A stretch of DNA of 64,000 nt from Pristiophorus japonicus (taxonomy: Eukaryota). The position numbers and the translations under genes were made by a program. The stretch is from contig NC_091979.1 of assembly GCF_044704955.1 (NCBI RefSeq), positions 317,068,001-317,132,000 on the forward strand, written 5' to 3'. Below the pieces are notes generated by a model, which ran no database searches, was not told the origin of the DNA, and saw nothing but the letters and a program-made list of their open reading frames with translations. Shown here piece after piece: positions 24,840 to 35,728 of this stretch; positions within the stretch are counted from its first letter, which is position 1, and each line of letters opens with the position of its first letter.

Positions 24840-27800
24840 GGACCGGAACCAACGTCCGAGGGGGAGTGTCTGCTAGTGCTGTTGGGGAGGAATTAAACTA
24901 ATATGGCAAGGGGATGGGAACCAATGCAGGGAGACAGAGAGAAACAAAAAGGAGACAAAAGCAAAGGACAGAAAGGAGATGAGTAAAAGTGGAGGGCAGA
25001 GAAACCCAAGGCAAAAAACAAAAAGGGCCACTGTACAGCAAAATTCTAAAGGGTCAAAGTGTAATAAAGAGGCAAGCATGAAAGCTCAGTGCCTCAATGC
25101 AAGGAGTATTCGGAACACAGGAGAGGGCTCTGAGCTAGTTAGAATGTGTGAGAGCTCAGATGAACAGGATCCCAAGAAAGAATGCAAAAGACAGGAGGCA
25201 ACAGAGCAGAGTAGCACTGGGGTAAGTGTAAACCACAAGGTGATAGGAAGGGACAATATGTATGAATACAAAGGGGCTGCAGGAGGGGTCAAAACTAAAA
25301 ATCATGGTTTAAGAACTGGTAGTAAAACACTCTACCTAAACGCACGCAGCATTCGAAATAAAGTAAATGAGTTGACGGCACAAATCATGACAAATGGGTA
25401 TGATTTGGTGGCCATTGCAGAAACGTGGTTGCAGGGTGGCCAAGAATGGGAATTAAACATACAGGGGTATCTGGCAATTCGGAAAGATAGACAAGAAGGG
25501 AAAGGAGGTGGGGTAGTTCTGTTAATAAAGGATGATATCAGGGCAGTTGTGAGAGACGATATTGGCTCCAATGAACAAAATGTTGATTCATTGTGGGTGG
25601 ACATTAGAGATAGTAAGGGGAAAAAGTCACTGGTGGGCGTAGTTTATAGGCCCCCAAATAATAACTTCATGGTGGGGCAGACAATAATCAAGGGAATAAT
25701 GGAGGCATGTGAAAAAGGAACGGCAGTAATCATGGGGGATTTTAACCTACATATCGATTGGTCAAATCAAATTGCACGGGGTAGCCTTGAGGAAGAATTC
25801 ATAGAATGCATACGGGATTGTTTCTTAGAACAGTATATTACAGAACCTACAAGGGAGCAAGCGATCTTAGATCTGGTCCTGTATAATAAACGATCTCCTC
25901 GTAAAAGATCCTCTCGGAATGACTGATCACAGTATGGTTGAATTTGTAATACAGATTGAGGGTGAGGAAGTAGTGTCTCAAACGAGCGTACTATGCTTAA
26001 ACAAAGGGGACTACAGTGGGATGAGGGCAGAGTTGGCTAAAGTAGACTGGAAACACAGACTAAACGGTGGCACAATTGAGGAACAGTGGAGGACTTTTAA
26101 GGAGCTCTTTCATAGTGCTCAACAAAAATATATTCCAGTGAAAAAGAAGGGTGGTAAGAGAAGGGATAACCAGCCATGGATAACCAAGGAAATAAAGGAG
26201 AGTATTAAATTAAAAACCAATGCGTATAAGGTGGCCAAGGTTAGTGGGAAATTAGAAGATTAGGAAAATTTTAAACGACAGCAAAGAATGACTAAGAAAG
26301 CAATAAAGAAAGGAAAGATAGATTACGAAAGTAAACTTGCGCAAAACATAAAAACAGATAGTAAAAGCTTTTACAGATATATAAAATGGAAAAGAGTGAC
26401 TAAAGTAAATGTTGGTCCCTTAGAAGATGAGAAGGGGGATTTAATAATGGGAAATGTGGAAATGGATGAGACCTTAAACAATTATTTTGTTTCGGTCTTC
26501 ACAGTGGAAGACACAAAAACCATGCCAAAAATTGCTGGTCACAGGAATGTGGGAAGGGAGGACCTTGAGACAATCACTATCACTAGAGGGGTAGTGCTGG
26601 ACAGGCTAATGGGACTCAAGGTAGACAAGTCCCCTGGTCCTGATGAAATGCATCCCAGGGTATTAAAAGAGATGGCGGAGGTTATAGCAGATGCATTCGT
26701 TATAATCGACCAAAATTCTCTGGACTCTGGTGAGGTACCAGTGGATTGGAAAGCAGCTAATGTAACGCCTCTGTTTAAAAAAGGGGGCAGATGAAAGGCA
26801 GGTAACTATAGGCCGGTTAGTTTAACATCTGTAGTGGGGAAAATGCTTGAAACTATCATTGAGGAAGAAATAGCAGGACATCTAGATAGGAATAGTGCAA
26901 TCAAGCAGACGCAACATGGATTCATGAAGGGGAAATCATGTTTAATTAATTTACTGGAATTCTTTGAGCATATATCGAGCATGGTGGATAGAGGTACACC
27001 GATGGATGTGGTATATTTAGATTTCCAAAAGGCATTCGATAAGGTGCCACATAAAAGGTTACTGCAGAAGATAAAGGTACGCGGAGTCAGAGGAAATGTA
27101 TTAGCATGGATCGAGAATTGACTGGCGAACAGAAAGCAGAGAGTCGGGATAAATGGGTCCTTTTCGGGTTGGAAATCGGTGGTTAGTGGTGTGCCACAGG
27201 GATTTGTGCTGGAAGCACAACTGTTTACAATATACATAGATGACCTGGAAGAGGGGATAGAGTGTAGTGTAACAAAATTTGCAGATGACACAAAGATTAG
27301 TGGGAAAGCGGGTTGTGTAGAGGACACAGAGAGGCTGCAAAGAGATTTAGATAGGCTAAGCGAATGGGCTAAGGTTTGGCAGATGGAATACAATGTCGGA
27401 AAATGTGAGGTCATCCACCTTGGAAAAAAAAACAGTAAAAGGGAATATTATTTGAATGGGGAAAAATTACAACATGCTGTGGTGCAGAGGGACCTGGGGG
27501 TCCTTGTGCATGAATCACAAAAAGTTAGTTAGCAGGTGCAGCAGGTAATCAGGAAGGCGAATGGAATGTTGGCCTTCATTGCGAGAGGGATGGATTACAA
27601 AAGCAGGGAGGTCCTGCTGCAACTGTACAGGGTATTGGTGAGGCCGCACCTGGAATACTGCGTGCAGTTTTGGTCGTTATAAGGAAGGATATACTAGCTT
27701 TGAACGGGGTACAGAGACGATTCACTAGGCTGATTCCAGAGATGAGGGGGTTACCTTATGATGATAGATTGAGTAGACTGGGTCTTTACTCATTGGAGTT

Positions 27801-28202
27801 CAGAAGGATGAGGGGTGATCTTTTAGAAACATTTAAAATAATGAAAGGATAGACAAGATCGAGGCAGAGAGGTTGGTTCCACTGGTCGGGGAGACTAGAA
27901 CTAGGGGGCACAGCCTCAAAATACGGGTGGCCAATTTAAAACCGAGTTGAGAAGGAATTTCTTCTCCCAGAGGGTTGTGAATCTGTGGAATTCTCTGCCC
28001 AAGGAAGCAGTTGAGGCTAGCTCATTGAATGTATTCAAATCACAGATAGATAGATTTTTAACCAATAAGGGAATTAAGGGTTACGGGGAGCGGGCGGGTA
28101 AGTGGAGCTGAGTCCACGGCCAGATCAGCCATGATCTTGTTGAATGGCGGAGCAGGCTCGAGGGGCTAGATGGCCTACTCCTGTTCCTAATTCTTATGTT
28201 AT
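24840..28202 (+). mobile_element. Chimeric 5'-truncated CR1 LINE (end of ORF1, EN, RT)
   Basis: EN and RT motifs, TTCTTATG tail, TSD GTCCCC(C)TC at 24831-24839 and 28203-28210. Confidence 0.93.
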
Positions 28203-28701
28203 GTCCCCTCCTCCATTCCGCATCTGGTCTCTTTCAATCTGTGCAAACTTGGCCTGCAAGATTAAAAAGAACGTCATAATTAGTGCCTTCTATCTGTCTG
28301 TCTGAAGTGCCTTACATAGTTCAGAACATGTTAGTGTCTGAGACTCTGTAAAGTTTGATGTAACTTCCATTAGCTCCGAGTACTTGTGGCAATGCTTGAA
28401 TGAAGGGGAGCCAGGACCTAACAGTTACTGTGAGGATAGCATCTTCCAGATACATCTGAAGACTGAGGAGGTAACAGGATGAGGGGTGGGTGTCCACAAG
28501 GGAGTAGGAAGGTTAATTGTGCATGCAGGCCTTGGAGTGGGTGAGGCTGCAAATGGGAACCTTGTATCTGGTCTCACCCACATAGAGCATGGAGTCAGAC
28601 ACATTCTCATTGAGGAGAGACTGCACATTGAGCTCAGAGCGTGGCATGGTCAGGTTAATGTAAAATATACTCACCCTCAGAACCGAGTCATGTCGTTCTT
28701 A

Positions 28702-28844
28702 TGACATGGGTCGCTGTCCTGGGCACCGTGTCACTCATTGACACTACTTGTGACATGGGTCGCTGTCCTGGGCACCGTGTCACTCACTGACACTACTTGT
28801 GACATGGGTCACTGTCCTGGGCACCGTGTCACTCACTGACACTA
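28702..28844. repeat. 49-bp tandem triplication within Myb exon 1
   Basis: TGACATGGGTCGCTGTCCTGGGCACCGTGTCACTCATTGACACTACTTG, about 2.9 copies. Confidence 0.93.
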
Positions 28845-29398
28845 TTTCAGCGACTTCCCACCAGAGCTTTCGAAATGTTTGGGGTTGTGGCCTGCTGCCA
28901 GCCTCTGTCCGAAGTAATTCTCAACCCCTCTCCAGGGTATCAAGCAGTGCATCGATAGCGGTGTCGGAGAAGCGGAGAGCTCGCTGGCGAGCTGCGGCTG
29001 CATCTGTAATCTTCACCCTGTGAGTGAGTGCGTAGGAAGCCAGTATACGCACAAGGCGGTGCCACACCTAATCACCGCCTCAATTGAATGCAGGTGGCGG
29101 GAGTGTGTCTGTGGCACACTTACAAATGATAATTGCCGTCTGGGTGTTGCTGCCTCACTTTCCACCCCATTTACCGCCGTTTACCACCTCCAGGGGAGCG
29201 TACAACACCTGCTTTAACCCTGCAATCCCCTTTTCAGGCAGCAAAACTGAATTTCACGGTTGGTGACGGCAACTGCCGCCTGGTGGTAAAATCTCCATTC
29301 AAACGGTGATACCGCCTCAAAAACGGCGCGACCGAATTTCGACCCCTCAAACTTTTCTAATCCTACCGCCCATTCTAGGCTATGATGAATTTCTAACC

Positions 29399-31119
29399 GA
29401 GAGAGGTTAACAAAGGTCATAGGGCTCTAGTGATTAAGGTCACATCAGGGAAAAATAGTAAAAAGTTAAAATTAAAGGCGAGTTAGAAATTCCCCTCGGG
29501 TCCCGTTTGACACGCTAAATCAGGAAAGCTGGAAAGGTTAGAGCCAGGAGCTATCTTCTTCCAGCTTCTCTGAAATTCCCACTTTTTGCTCCAAGGGCAA
29601 TGGAGCACTAAATCGGTCCACTTCCTTCTTGGAGCGCAAAATGGGGGGAAGATTGTGAGCGAGGCGCACGGCTCAGCAGCACTATGCACTATGACACATG
29701 GCACTGCTGCATTGTAGGGGCTCTTCCCTGAATTAACAGCAAGGGCCCAGGCTGCAAACTCTGAATTAATGTTTTAACTTACCTGGACCAATGGAGCGTG
29801 CGGGTGTCATGCAATCAGCCCAGCACTCAAGCAGAGTGCAAGACTGACCGATCGCGGTACGCACCCCACGTCCGCAGGCACAGTAAGAAGGGCGGGGAAC
29901 ATGAGACTAACAGCCTGAAGCCCTCGAGGGAGACACTTCTGGCCCTGATTGGTGAGGCCGAGGTGGGAGCAGGGCCTGTTTAAACAGGAATCAGAGTGTC
30001 TGTCATTATTGAAAGAAAACAGACCAGTTAGTACCCCGGCCATGGGTTTCATGTTCCCACAGACCAATCAGAACACTAGAGCAGTATGAATGATATGGGT
30101 CACTACCGGGGCGATGCATCCAGAGATGACGTCATGAAACAAGATAGATGAACTAATGGCACACATAGAGATAAATGTGTGTGATTTAGTCGCCAGTACT
30201 GAGGCGTGGTTACAGGGTGACCAAGACTGGAAACTAAATGTTCCAGGGTACTTGCCTTTTAAGAAAGATAGTTGAAATAGAAAAGGACGGAGGTAGCCCT
30301 GATAATAAAGGATGAGATAAGGACAGCAGTGAATAAGGATCTTAGCCCAGAAAATCAGGATGTAGAATCAGTTTGGTTGAAGCGAAGAAATAGCAATGGA
30401 CAGAAATATTGGTGTGAGTAGTTTATAGGCCCCATAACAGTGTTGGACAGAGTATAAATCAGTAAATTAGAGGAGCATGTAACGAGAGTAATGCAATAAT
30501 CGTGGGGACTTTAATCTTCATATATACTGGGCAACCCAAAATGGCAAAAGTAGTTTTGAGGACAATTCATGAAATGCGTTTGAGACAGTTTTCTGGAACA
30601 ATGGGGTAGAAATTCCCCTGGGGTCCAGTTTGGGGAGCTCAGTGAAAAATGTTTGAAAAGTTAGAGCCAGGCGTTAGCCTTTTCAATCATTTGAGAAATT
30701 CCCAAATTTACTCCAAGAGGGAAGTAGAGCAATAAATCAAGCACTCCACTTCCCTCGGAGTGCAAGAGAGGGGGCAGGGGTTGGGGGGAATGTGGGGAGC
30801 CGGAGAGTCTAGAACTAGGGGTCATAGTCTCAGGAAAAAGATTGGGACATTTGGGACTGAGATGAAAAGAACGTTCTTCACTCAGAGGGTTGTGAATCTT
30901 TCGAGTTATCGAGCCCAGAGGGCTGCGGATGCTCAGCAGTTGTGTATATTCAAAACTGAAATCAATAGTTTTTGGACATTAAAGGAATCAAGGGGTATGG
31001 GGACAGAGTGGGACAATGGGGTTGAGGTAGAAGATCAGCCATGATCTTATTGAATGGCGGAGCAGGTTCGAGGCATCCTATGGCCTACTCCTGCTCCTAA
31101 TTCTTATGTTCTTATGTTC
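29399..31119 (+). mobile_element. Old CR1, remaining pieces (29399-29480 spacer, about 30136-30602 EN, about 30796-31119 3' end) interleaved with Harbinger-MITE 5' fragments at about 29480 and 30603
   Basis: KKLKLKA, NKIDELMAHIE..TEAWLQG, VYRP, DFNLHI.W and a (TTCTTATG)n tail. The MITE starts GTTAGAAATTCCCC and GGGGTAGAAATTCCCC are homologous to each other. Confidence 0.75.
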
Positions 31120-32005
31120 CCACTGTGAGCAAATTATCCCAGCTCTGTGCATTTCAACTGCTTCGTTGTATACTATTGTGTATGCTATTTTATTCCTGGA
31201 AGAAAACTCCTCATTCAATCGTCTGAATGTAAATTTAAATACAGAAGGAATTCCAATGATCGATACCTCGTAATGCGAATCGAATGGAAAATGCGGCAAA
31301 TTCCTTCTTCAGCTTTCCCTCCAATGGTGAGCTGATTGAGATCAGTACTCAGTGTGTTATAATTTCCAGCTATTTGTTTTCTCAATGTGAAACTATTTAC
31401 TGAAACTGTTAAATATAACTAACCACCACGGCTTTTCTCTCTGCCTTCTGACCATATCACTCATCAACTCCTCTGGAATGCAGTTACACAACATGCTTCA
31501 GTGACATCTCCATGGTAAATTGATCTCAGTGTCGGTAACGCCGAGAACTGGAGAGTCTAGTCAGACTGCTGAGCCACTGGAACTGTGCTGGAGCAGCACG
31601 TCCTGACCAGCAGTCTGCCCTCGCACTGACACCATCCCCAATCCCAGGATCAGGGCCGTGAGTGTAAAGGGGGTGGTCACTTCCAGGACATTCCCCCACC
31701 CTCAGGCCACAGAGCTAAGTTCCTGATCCTTTGCAGCCCACTCAGTGCAGCTGTATTCATACATTTTAAATGTACAAAGGCATCTTCACACAGTAAGAAG
31801 GGCGGGGAACATGAGCCTGAAGCCCTCGAGGGGGACACTTCTGGCCCTGACTGGTGAGGCCGAGGTGGGAGCAGGGCCTGTTTAAACAAGGAATCAGAGT
31901 GTCTTTCATTATTGAAAGAAAACAGACCAATTAGTCCCCTCCCGCAGGTTACATGTTCCCACAGACCTATCAGATCACTAGAGCAGTATTAATGATATGG
32001 GTCAC
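29879..32005 (+). repeat. About 220-bp dispersed direct repeat (29879-30103 and 31789-32005) with a GC box and CCAAT motifs
   Basis: The copies align directly. Both carry GGGCGGGG and at least one CCAAT/ATTGG. Confidence 0.9.
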
Positions 32006-32204
32006 ATGATCCCATCAACCAAAGTATTGGCAGAAGAACAACAGAGTTGTGGGTCATTTGATTCCTAAGGACCAATCAGATCTCTAGGAATCAATCCCAA
32101 TTGAAAGGGACCAGATGATCAACAGTAACAATAGATAAATATTGGAATGCAGCAGTGAAGCTTGTATTGTGCTATCTGATTGTATCTGAGCCGATAGGTT
32201 CAAT

Positions 32205-33115
32205 AAATAAAAACAGAAAATGCTGGAAATACTCAGCAGATCGTGCAACATCTGTGGAGAGAGAAATGTTGCAGGCCGGTGACCTTTCATCAGAACTGGA
32301 AAATGTTCGAGATGTAATGGTTTTTCAGGAAGTACAGAGGCAGGAAAAGGAGGGGTGAGGGCCAGAAGGAACAAAAGGGAAGGTTTGTGATAGGTGGAAG
32401 GCAGGAGTGATCAAATGGCAAAAGGGATGATAGTGCAAGGCAAAAGGGGGTGGTAATGGAACAAGCAAAGAAACAAAAGATGGTTCTAGAGGAGCTGTAA
32501 ATGGCAACAGCAGAGCCATGACCTGTTTGAAAAAGTGGGAGCAGTGAAATTGATCAACTCAATGTTGAGACCGGAAGGCTCTGAAGATGGTAATCCAAAG
32601 ATGAGGTGTTGTTCCCCGAGTTTCTGTTGGGCTTCATTGGAACAATGTAGGAGGCCGAGGACAGAGAGGTCAGAGTGGGAGTGGGAGGGAGATTTATAAC
32701 TAATTGTGACCGGAAGCTCAGGGTCACGCTTGTGGACTGAACAGAAGGGTTCGTCGGAGGGTTCATCCAATCTGCGTTTGGTGTCCCCAATGTAGATCAA
32801 ACCGCATCGTAAGCAACAAATACAGTTTGTGAAATTGAAAGAAGGAGAAGTAAATCGCTGATTGGCCTGGAATGAGTGCTTGGGGCCCTGAACGGTGGGA
32901 AGGGAGGACATGAAAGGGCTGGTCTTACATCTCCTGCGTTTGCACAGGACGTGCTGTGGGAAGGGGAGCAGTGCTGGGGGTGATTGAGGAGGGAACGGTC
33001 ACTTCGGAATGCTGAAAGGGGAGGGGAAGATGTGTTTGGTGGTGGAATCACGCTGGAGAGGGCAGGAATGGTGCAGGATGATCCGATGAATGAATAGGCT
33101 GGTGAGGTGGATGGT
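32205..33115 (-). mobile_element. Penelope-like retroelement remnant (GIY-YIG endonuclease + 3' region)
   Basis: CICCLRCGLIYIGDTKRRL...LPV...H...EQHLIF.L....P.GLN, with a degenerate hammerhead core downstream. Confidence 0.85.
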
Positions 33116-33120
33116 AAAGA

Positions 33121-34464
33121 CAAATTAGGCGTCCAGAACGAGGTGGGGGGGGAGGGGGAGGGAAGGGAAGTCATTAAATTCTATAATAAATCTTTATTTA
33201 TACTTATACAAATATTAAACAAATAAATCCAACCTGAATAAACATTTATAAGCAAAGAAAAGATTAAATAAACCATCTTCCTACCTGTGTGAAAGTGCTT
33301 CAGGCAGGCCTTTCGGGACCGAAGGCTGAACGGGCCGGCCCGAGACTTCAGGCAGGGCCCGTCCCCAGCACCAGATTTACAGGTAGGTGGCGTTGGGTCG
33401 GGGAGGTTCGGTTCGGTTCGGGTCGGGTCGGGGGGAGGGAGGGAGGGAGAGAGAGCGGGGGGGGGGAGGGAGGGAGAGAGAGGGGGGGGGTAGGGAGGGA
33501 GGGAGAGAGAGGGGGGCAGGGAGAGAGAGAGAGTGGGGAGGGGGGGAGAGAGAGGGGGGAGGGTGAGAGAGANNNNNNNNNNNNNNNNNNNNNNNNNNNN
33601 NNNNNNNNNNNNNNNNNNNNNNNNNNNNNNNNNNNNNNNNNNNNNNNNNNNNNNNNNNNNNNNNNNNNNNNNNNNNNNNNNNNNNNNNNNNNNNNNNNNN
33701 NNNNNNNNNNNNNNNNNNNNNNNNNNNNNNNNNNNNNNNNNNNNNNNNNNNNNNNNNNNNNNNNNNNNNNNNNNNNNNNNNNNNNGAGAGGTCAGGTCGG
33801 GGAGGGGGAGGTCAGGTCGGATCCAGTCTGGGGGCGGGGGGGGGAGCGGGAGTCGAGTCGTGTCAGATCGGGTCGGGTCGAGTCGGGGTGGGGGGGCGGG
33901 GAGCGGGAGCAGGAGCGCGGGTCGGGTCCAGTCGGCGGGGGGCGGAGCGGGAGCGGGAGCGGGAGTCCGGTCGGGTTGGGGGGGGGGGGGGGGTGGGAGT
34001 CGAGTCGGGGGGGGTCCAGTCGGAGGGTGGGGGGGGTCAGGTTGGGGGGCGGGAGTCGGGTCGGGTCGGGTCCAGTCGGGGGTGGGGGGGAACAGGAGCG
34101 CGGGTCGGATCGGGTCGGGTCCGGTCGGGGGGTGGGGGAAGCAGGAGCTGGCCGGGGGAGGAGCCTTATTCACGCAGACCCAGTGAGGCCATTCGGCCAG
34201 GGCTAGGGGATGCTTGCTTCGGGCGCCTGGAGCTACTGCACTTGCGTGCCCACTATAGCGCGCATGTGCAGAGGTCCCGGCACTGTTTTCAGCGCAGGGA
34301 CCTGGCTCCGCCCCCCCACAGCTCGTGCTGCGCTGCGCGAGGGCCAGAGGACCTGCAGGGAGGTGGAGAATACCGAGGATTTTTTTAGGCGCACTTTGTG
34401 GCGCGAAAAACGGGCGTCCAGGTCGGGACTGCGCCGTTCTAGGCGTGTGTGGAAACTTAGGCCC
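33121..34464. mobile_element. GC-rich non-autonomous element with low-complexity G-rich interior
   Basis: TIR-like right end GGAAACTTAGGCCC. The left end is missing. Confidence 0.5.
33573..33785. other. Assembly gap (213 N)
   Basis: N run inside G-rich low-complexity sequence. Confidence 1.
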
Positions 34465-34614
34465 GATGTTTCTTCCAAATAGGATGAATTATTCCCCTTG
34501 AATCTTCCTCTCATAAAAGCTTTGCACTGAGAGATTGAACCAGTTTCAAATGAAAAGGTTCAGGTGGTCTCCTTTGGCTTAGAGCCAAAAAAACAAGAAT
34601 CTGGAAATGAGTCT

Positions 34615-35728
34615 TGTTATGTTCAGAATAACTCCACAAGACTGTATTGTGAGCTCAAACTGTTGTGACCTTGGTATCTTTATTCAGACTCCAGAGTGAG
34701 GAGACAGCATGGTGAATGACCTTTTATACCTGCTTGCTCAGGGTGCACAGGTGACCCTTAGGTCTCCCACAGGTATGCCCCCTAGTGGCAAGTCTTACAT
34801 ATTGGTGAGGTTTACATAGATACATAACATCGCTCCCCCCCCAAAGTCTTATGTACAAGTTATTTGCAAGTTGAGGTGATCTGGCACCCTGCGTTCCCGG
34901 GTCGATCGCCTGAGTTGAAGTCCTGGCACGGGTGAGTTGGTCTGATCGTTGCTGCACGGCCACGCGGCTGGTCTGATCGGACTGATGGGCATGATGGGTT
35001 CATCCTCGTGGTTGACGGCGAGGTCACTTGTGGTTAGTGTGTTGCTGGGGGCCAGTGGTTCCTGTGGTTCCTGTTTATCTGTAGTTCGCAGTTGGGTCTG
35101 GTCCAAATGCTCTGTGCGTTTGCCCAGTACATGGTTTCACAACAAACGTTCCATTTTTATCACAAACACTCCATTCCCCTCGTTGGCTAATACAGTGCTA
35201 GCAGCCCATCTGGGGCCTTGAACATGGTCTACATCATTTATTCTGATGTCGCGTGGAGGAGCCATGCGATCGTGGTGCATTCTCTGCTGATAACATAAGG
35301 AAAGCACGGTTCTGAGTGATTCTGTCTGGTAACTGCGTAGCACCCGAGATAGCTGGGTCTGTGGAGAGTCTACCGTGACACGTGTGGTGCTTGGCTTTAT
35401 GATCTGGGCTGCCCGCTCTGGACTATTGTCTCTGACCCTAAGGTCTGGCAAGCCAAGGATGGCTGATATGGACTTGAGACTTTCAGTGGTCGTGGGAGGG
35501 TCCCCATCGATCCTGGGCCATGGTATGGAGGCCCGGACCACCAACTATGTATAGCCTCCCTCCCTTTCTTTGCAACGTAGCAGGGTTGCCCCATAGAAGC
35601 CAATCTGATGGGATGAGCAATCTGTGTTTGCGACGGATAAGCTGCAACATCCCGTCTAGCGGTTTGCCGTTAGCAGGCGGTAACGTGGGATCCTGGCTGG
35701 TCCAGGTCATAAACTGGGGAGCCATTAC
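34615..35728 (-). mobile_element. Gypsy element A: 3' LTR (34615-34829), PPT and heavily deleted pol/integrase
   Basis: TGTTAT...ATAACA LTR with adjacent PPT. Motifs TWTSQDP, LLWGN and LRRSTRER. Confidence 0.85.

Larger units (their letters stand above)
23520..29017 (-). pseudogene. Harbinger Myb/SANT-like gene, spliced, with CR1 inserted in exon 2
   Basis: Exon 1 reads RALRFSDTAIDALL...LWWEVAEIVS. Exon 2 reads AKFAQIERDQMRNGGGD[CR1]SEVQPLTQVEE. The 3' end is approximate. Confidence 0.7.
21444..29346 (+). mobile_element. Complete PIF/Harbinger transposon with convergent transposase and Myb genes, containing a CR1
   Basis: Perfect 16-bp TIR GGGGTCGAAATTCGGT at 21444-21459 and 29331-29346. 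3-bp TSD TCA on both sides. Confidence 0.93.
16567..29398. mobile_element. Internally deleted Harbinger-derived element hosting the hAT and a second Harbinger
   Basis: GAG flanks both ends. The right end GAATTTCTAACC is TIR-like and the left TIR is degenerate. The flanking CR1 sequence is contiguous across the element. Confidence 0.55.
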
